Sequence record: DRR378314_17
Reading direction: 5' to 3' (one strand)
Length of the DNA stretch: 29,182 nucleotides
Shown here: piece by piece, positions 26,365 to 29,182 of the stretch
How positions within the stretch are numbered: the first letter of the stretch is position 1
How the letters are laid out: each line of letters begins with the position of its first letter
Notes under the pieces: generated by a model
Told to the model about the DNA's origin: nothing
The model's input: the letters and a program-made list of their open reading frames with translations, nothing else
Databases searched by the model: none
Translations under genes and position numbers: made by a program

Positions 26365-27945
26365 TTAATGAAGTTCTAGCGCCCCAGAGGCTTGCCTTAC
26401 TAGGCTGTGAAACCTTGTACTGACTTCCGGTACTAAGCTGACCCAGCGTTTGGCAGTCAAGCCAGGGTCTCTTCGTAGAGCTTCCGCTTTCCACCAATTC
26501 GCCTGTTCTTCGTCTTTGTTCAACCAGTGACTCATCGCTGCGAACATGGCCATACCCGCGTGCGACCATGGGGTACGGGCCGCGACCTCGGCCCAGTGGA
26601 CTGCCTTTTGATAATCATCTCGATCGATATAGATCCACATCTTGTTGCCGGTCATACCAGGTCGAAACGGGTCGATCGGGCTGAGGCCGATGGCGTTGTC
26701 TGCATCGATCAGTGCTTGGTCGAACTGTTCGGTAAATACGTTTGCCCAGCTCGATCCATAGTGGCCCCAGGTATAGTTGGGGGAGGCTTCGACAGACTGT
26801 CGAAACCACGACTTGCTGCCCTCTGGATCGTCATTCAGCCATTGGATCCGCCCCATCATGAAATTTCCAAACGGATCGCGGGGCTGCAGCGCAAGACTTT
26901 TGTCTGCATTCTCTTGGGCCTTTCTCGCTTCGGCACTTAAATCGGACGAATACCGCATGAAAGCATTTTGAAAGTGCACGAACGCCAAACCCGAATGCGC
27001 GCGCGCCAGCGTCGGGTCAAGCTCTGTCGAACGGGTTAGCAGTTGCTCGGCGATCACATTGTCCTGTGAGTTGAAACGGCTCATGTGGCGAAATCCCAAA
27101 TGCATGGCGGACCACGCATCAAGGTTGTCGGTCGACACGAATTCAAGATGCGACGCCTCGTGTTGAGGAATTTCTAACTCGGCGACCATCACAATGTTGG
27201 CCGAGATTTCGGCACGGAGCGTTTGGATGTCATCGATATCCGCCGACTTGCGCAGGGCCCAGATGACCTCGCCCGTTCGCGTATCCGAGATTTCGGTGTC
27301 AATCGTGATTCTACGGCCCGTGACCTCCACAATCCCCGTCATGCAATAGCACACCCTTAGGATGCGTCGGATCTCGGCCAGATCAAGATGGGTTCCACGA
27401 AACTGAAAAGTCGATCCGTGCGAGACAACCCTGATCCAGCGCAGGCTGGCAAGCGTTGCGATCAACTCACGAGGGACAGCTTCTTCGATTGCGGTGAAAC
27501 CTTCCAGGTCGCCGTTGCGCTGAAACGGTAAAACAGCAATCGACGGCCTGTCCCCTATTTGGTTCTGCCTCGGTTCAATCTGAAGCTGGTCGGATTGGGG
27601 CACCAAGCCGATCGGGCTTGCTGGTTGGGGGGCATGTCGCAGAGAAACCTCAGCCTCGAACCTGAAACCTTTGCCGCGGATCGTGCGGATCAGCGATGTC
27701 TTGGTTCCAGTGCCGGACAGGATGCGCCGCAAGTCCCGAATGCGGCTCGATATCGCATCATCCGATACGATCCGGCCGTTCCAGACCTTTTCAACTATCT
27801 CGTCGCGACTGAGCACACGGTCGGTGTTGGCGACAAGAAGAAGAAGCAGATCGAACACCTGAGGTTGCACATGGATATTCCTGCCCTCCGCAGTCAACTC
27901 GCGGCGGGCGTCGTCGAGCAAAAAGCTACCAAATGCGTAAATCAT
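26365..27945 (-). CDS. Transcriptional regulator: OmpR/PhoB-type winged helix (CadC-like), TolB-like domain and TPR repeats
   Basis: YAFGSFLLDDARREL, PQVFDLLLLL..DRVLSRDEIVEKVWNGRIVSD, IRTIRGKGFRF, RPSIAVLPF, then TPRs (ELDPTLARAHSGLA). No receiver domain. Confidence 0.9.
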   Translation of the reverse strand: MIYAFGSFLLDDARRELTAEGRNIHVQPQVFDLLLLLVANTDRVLSRDEIVEKVWNGRIVSDDAISSRIRDLRRILSGTGTKTSLIRTIRGKGFRFEAEVSLRHAPQPASPIGLVPQSDQLQIEPRQNQIGDRPSIAVLPFQRNGDLEGFTAIEEAVPRELIATLASLRWIRVVSHGSTFQFRGTHLDLAEIRRILRVCYCMTGIVEVTGRRITIDTEISDTRTGEVIWALRKSADIDDIQTLRAEISANIVMVAELEIPQHEASHLEFVSTDNLDAWSAMHLGFRHMSRFNSQDNVIAEQLLTRSTELDPTLARAHSGLAFVHFQNAFMRYSSDLSAEARKAQENADKSLALQPRDPFGNFMMGRIQWLNDDPEGSKSWFRQSVEASPNYTWGHYGSSWANVFTEQFDQALIDADNAIGLSPIDPFRPGMTGNKMWIYIDRDDYQKAVHWAEVAARTPWSHAGMAMFAAMSHWLNKDEEQANWWKAEALRRDPGLTAKRWVSLVPEVSTRFHSLVRQASGALELH

Positions 27946-27988
27946 TTCTGCCCCGAATGTTTCCGAGAAGAAGTATAATCCAATTCAG

Positions 27989-28029
27989 TTTCCCCGCAAA
28001 ATCCCAGTGATCTCCCCCGTTTCTCCAAG
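27989..28029 (+). promoter_or_regulatory. Four 11-bp-phased direct repeats, candidate winged-helix regulator binding site
   Basis: TTTCCCCG (27989), AATCCCAG (28000), TCTCCCCC (28011), TCTCCAAG (28022). The TCC core recurs exactly every 11 bp. Confidence 0.5.
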
Positions 28030-28088
28030 CTTGGGCTGAGGCCCTGCACTACACCTCTGCAATCCAATTGCAAAAAAGGAGAATTGAC

Positions 28089-29066
28089 ATGGATCACCAA
28101 GTGAGCGGTGTGGCCAGGACCCAGCTGCCGACGATTGCAGATGGGTTCTTCCTGTCGGACGGCGGGATTGAAACGACTCTGATCTTTCAAGATGGGGTCG
28201 ACTTACCCCATTTTGCGGCATTTGTGCTGCTGGACGACGACGAGGGACGCGCGAAGCTATCTGAATATTTCGAACGCCACATCACGGTAGCCAGAAATCA
28301 TGGGCTGGGATTCATCTTGGAAAGCCCAACTTGGCGGGCCAGCCGCGACTGGGGTGCCCAACTGGGGCGGAGCGAGGCCGACATTGCCAAAGCAAACTCT
28401 GAGGCGATCTATCTGATGCGCACATTGCGCAACAGGCACGAAAACGCCGTGTCACCACTTCTGATCAGCGGTTGTGTGGGGCCTCGTGGCGATGGGTATG
28501 TCCCTGGTGAGTTGATGACCAAAGACGAAGCCCAAGCCTATCATAGCTTTCAGATAAACACCTTTGCCGATGCGGGCGTGGATATGGTTACAGCTATTAC
28601 CATGAATAACACACCCGAGGCGTTGGGCATCGCTTTGGCCGCCAAGGGTGTAGATGTGCCAGTGGTGATCGCCTTCACGGTTGAGACCGACGGCAGGCTG
28701 CCAACAGGGCAAGACCTTGGTGAAGCCATTCGAGAAGTAGACGCCGCAACCTGCGGCTACCCGACCTACTTCATGGTCAATTGCGCCCATCCTGACCATT
28801 TCGAAGATGTGTTGCGTCAGGGCGGCGACTGGGTGGGGCGGATCGGTGGTGTAAGGGCCAATGCATCGCGCATGTCGCACGCGGAACTGGATGAAAGTGA
28901 GGTTCTGGACGATGGCGATCCTGTCGAATTGGGTCAGGACTATCGCCGCCTGTTGCGCGTCCTACCTAACCTGCGTGTGCTTGGCGGCTGCTGTGGCACG
29001 GATCACCGACATGTCGATGCAATGGGGCACGCCTGTGCGCAAGGACAGACTGTGGCAGCTGAATGA
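28089..29066 (+). CDS. Homocysteine S-methyltransferase family protein
   Basis: LSDGGIETTL, GCVGPRGDGY, Zn ligands VNCAHP and GGCCG, RANAS. ATG 28089 follows AAGGAG. Confidence 0.92.
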   Translation: MDHQVSGVARTQLPTIADGFFLSDGGIETTLIFQDGVDLPHFAAFVLLDDDEGRAKLSEYFERHITVARNHGLGFILESPTWRASRDWGAQLGRSEADIAKANSEAIYLMRTLRNRHENAVSPLLISGCVGPRGDGYVPGELMTKDEAQAYHSFQINTFADAGVDMVTAITMNNTPEALGIALAAKGVDVPVVIAFTVETDGRLPTGQDLGEAIREVDAATCGYPTYFMVNCAHPDHFEDVLRQGGDWVGRIGGVRANASRMSHAELDESEVLDDGDPVELGQDYRRLLRVLPNLRVLGGCCGTDHRHVDAMGHACAQGQTVAAE

Positions 29067-29071
29067 TGAAC

Positions 29072-29094
29072 GGCGGGCGCGTTACGTGCCCGCC
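29072..29094 (+). other. GC-rich stem-loop after the methyltransferase gene
   Basis: GGCGGGCGCG-TTA-CGTGCCCGCC (10 bp, one G-U pair). There is no U-tract, so it may stabilise mRNA rather than terminate. Confidence 0.5.
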
Positions 29095-29114
29095 CACCAA
29101 CCTTCAGGAAATCT

Positions 29115-29182
29115 ATGTCATGGAAAGGTTCCGTTGCAAAGTTTTGGGTTGGTCAAATGGAATTGGGATTACTTCGGGTTCA
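29115..29182 (+). CDS. Possible 5' end of a downstream gene (MSWKGSVAKFWVGQMELGLLRV...), truncated
   Basis: ATG preceded by CAGGA; the frame is open to the window end. Too short to identify. Confidence 0.3.
   Translation, partial: MSWKGSVAKFWVGQMELGLLRV

Overview
Alphaproteobacterial DNA; gene content and style suggest Rhodobacteraceae/roseobacter (inference). The window holds five blocks. (1) 1-8109 is an envelope signalling/proteolysis block. A membrane-anchored Hanks-type Ser/Thr kinase (5'-truncated) converges on three co-oriented exported proteins: a large transglutaminase-like/TPR protein, a tiny Gly-tailed lipoprotein, and a caspase-like (C14) protease with Sel1 repeats and a peptidoglycan-binding tail. 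(2) 8906-14556 is a trigonelline-degradation-type cluster (tgnR divergent from tgnF-D-A-B-C) with no tgnE or transporter. (3) 14756-22894 is an orphan IclR-controlled amine catabolic cluster: a TTT transporter with an atypical acidic ligand motif, a PuuC-like ALDH, a stand-alone Tm-1-like/UPF0261 protein and a class III aminotransferase. (4) 23270-25570 is an RTX-tailed secreted protein with an internal ~181-aa duplication. (5) 26365-29066 is a winged-helix/TolB-like/TPR regulator divergent from a homocysteine S-methyltransferase, with 11-bp phased repeats between them. No rRNA, tRNA, CRISPR array or transposase was recognised. All family assignments come from motifs and recall; no database searches were run.
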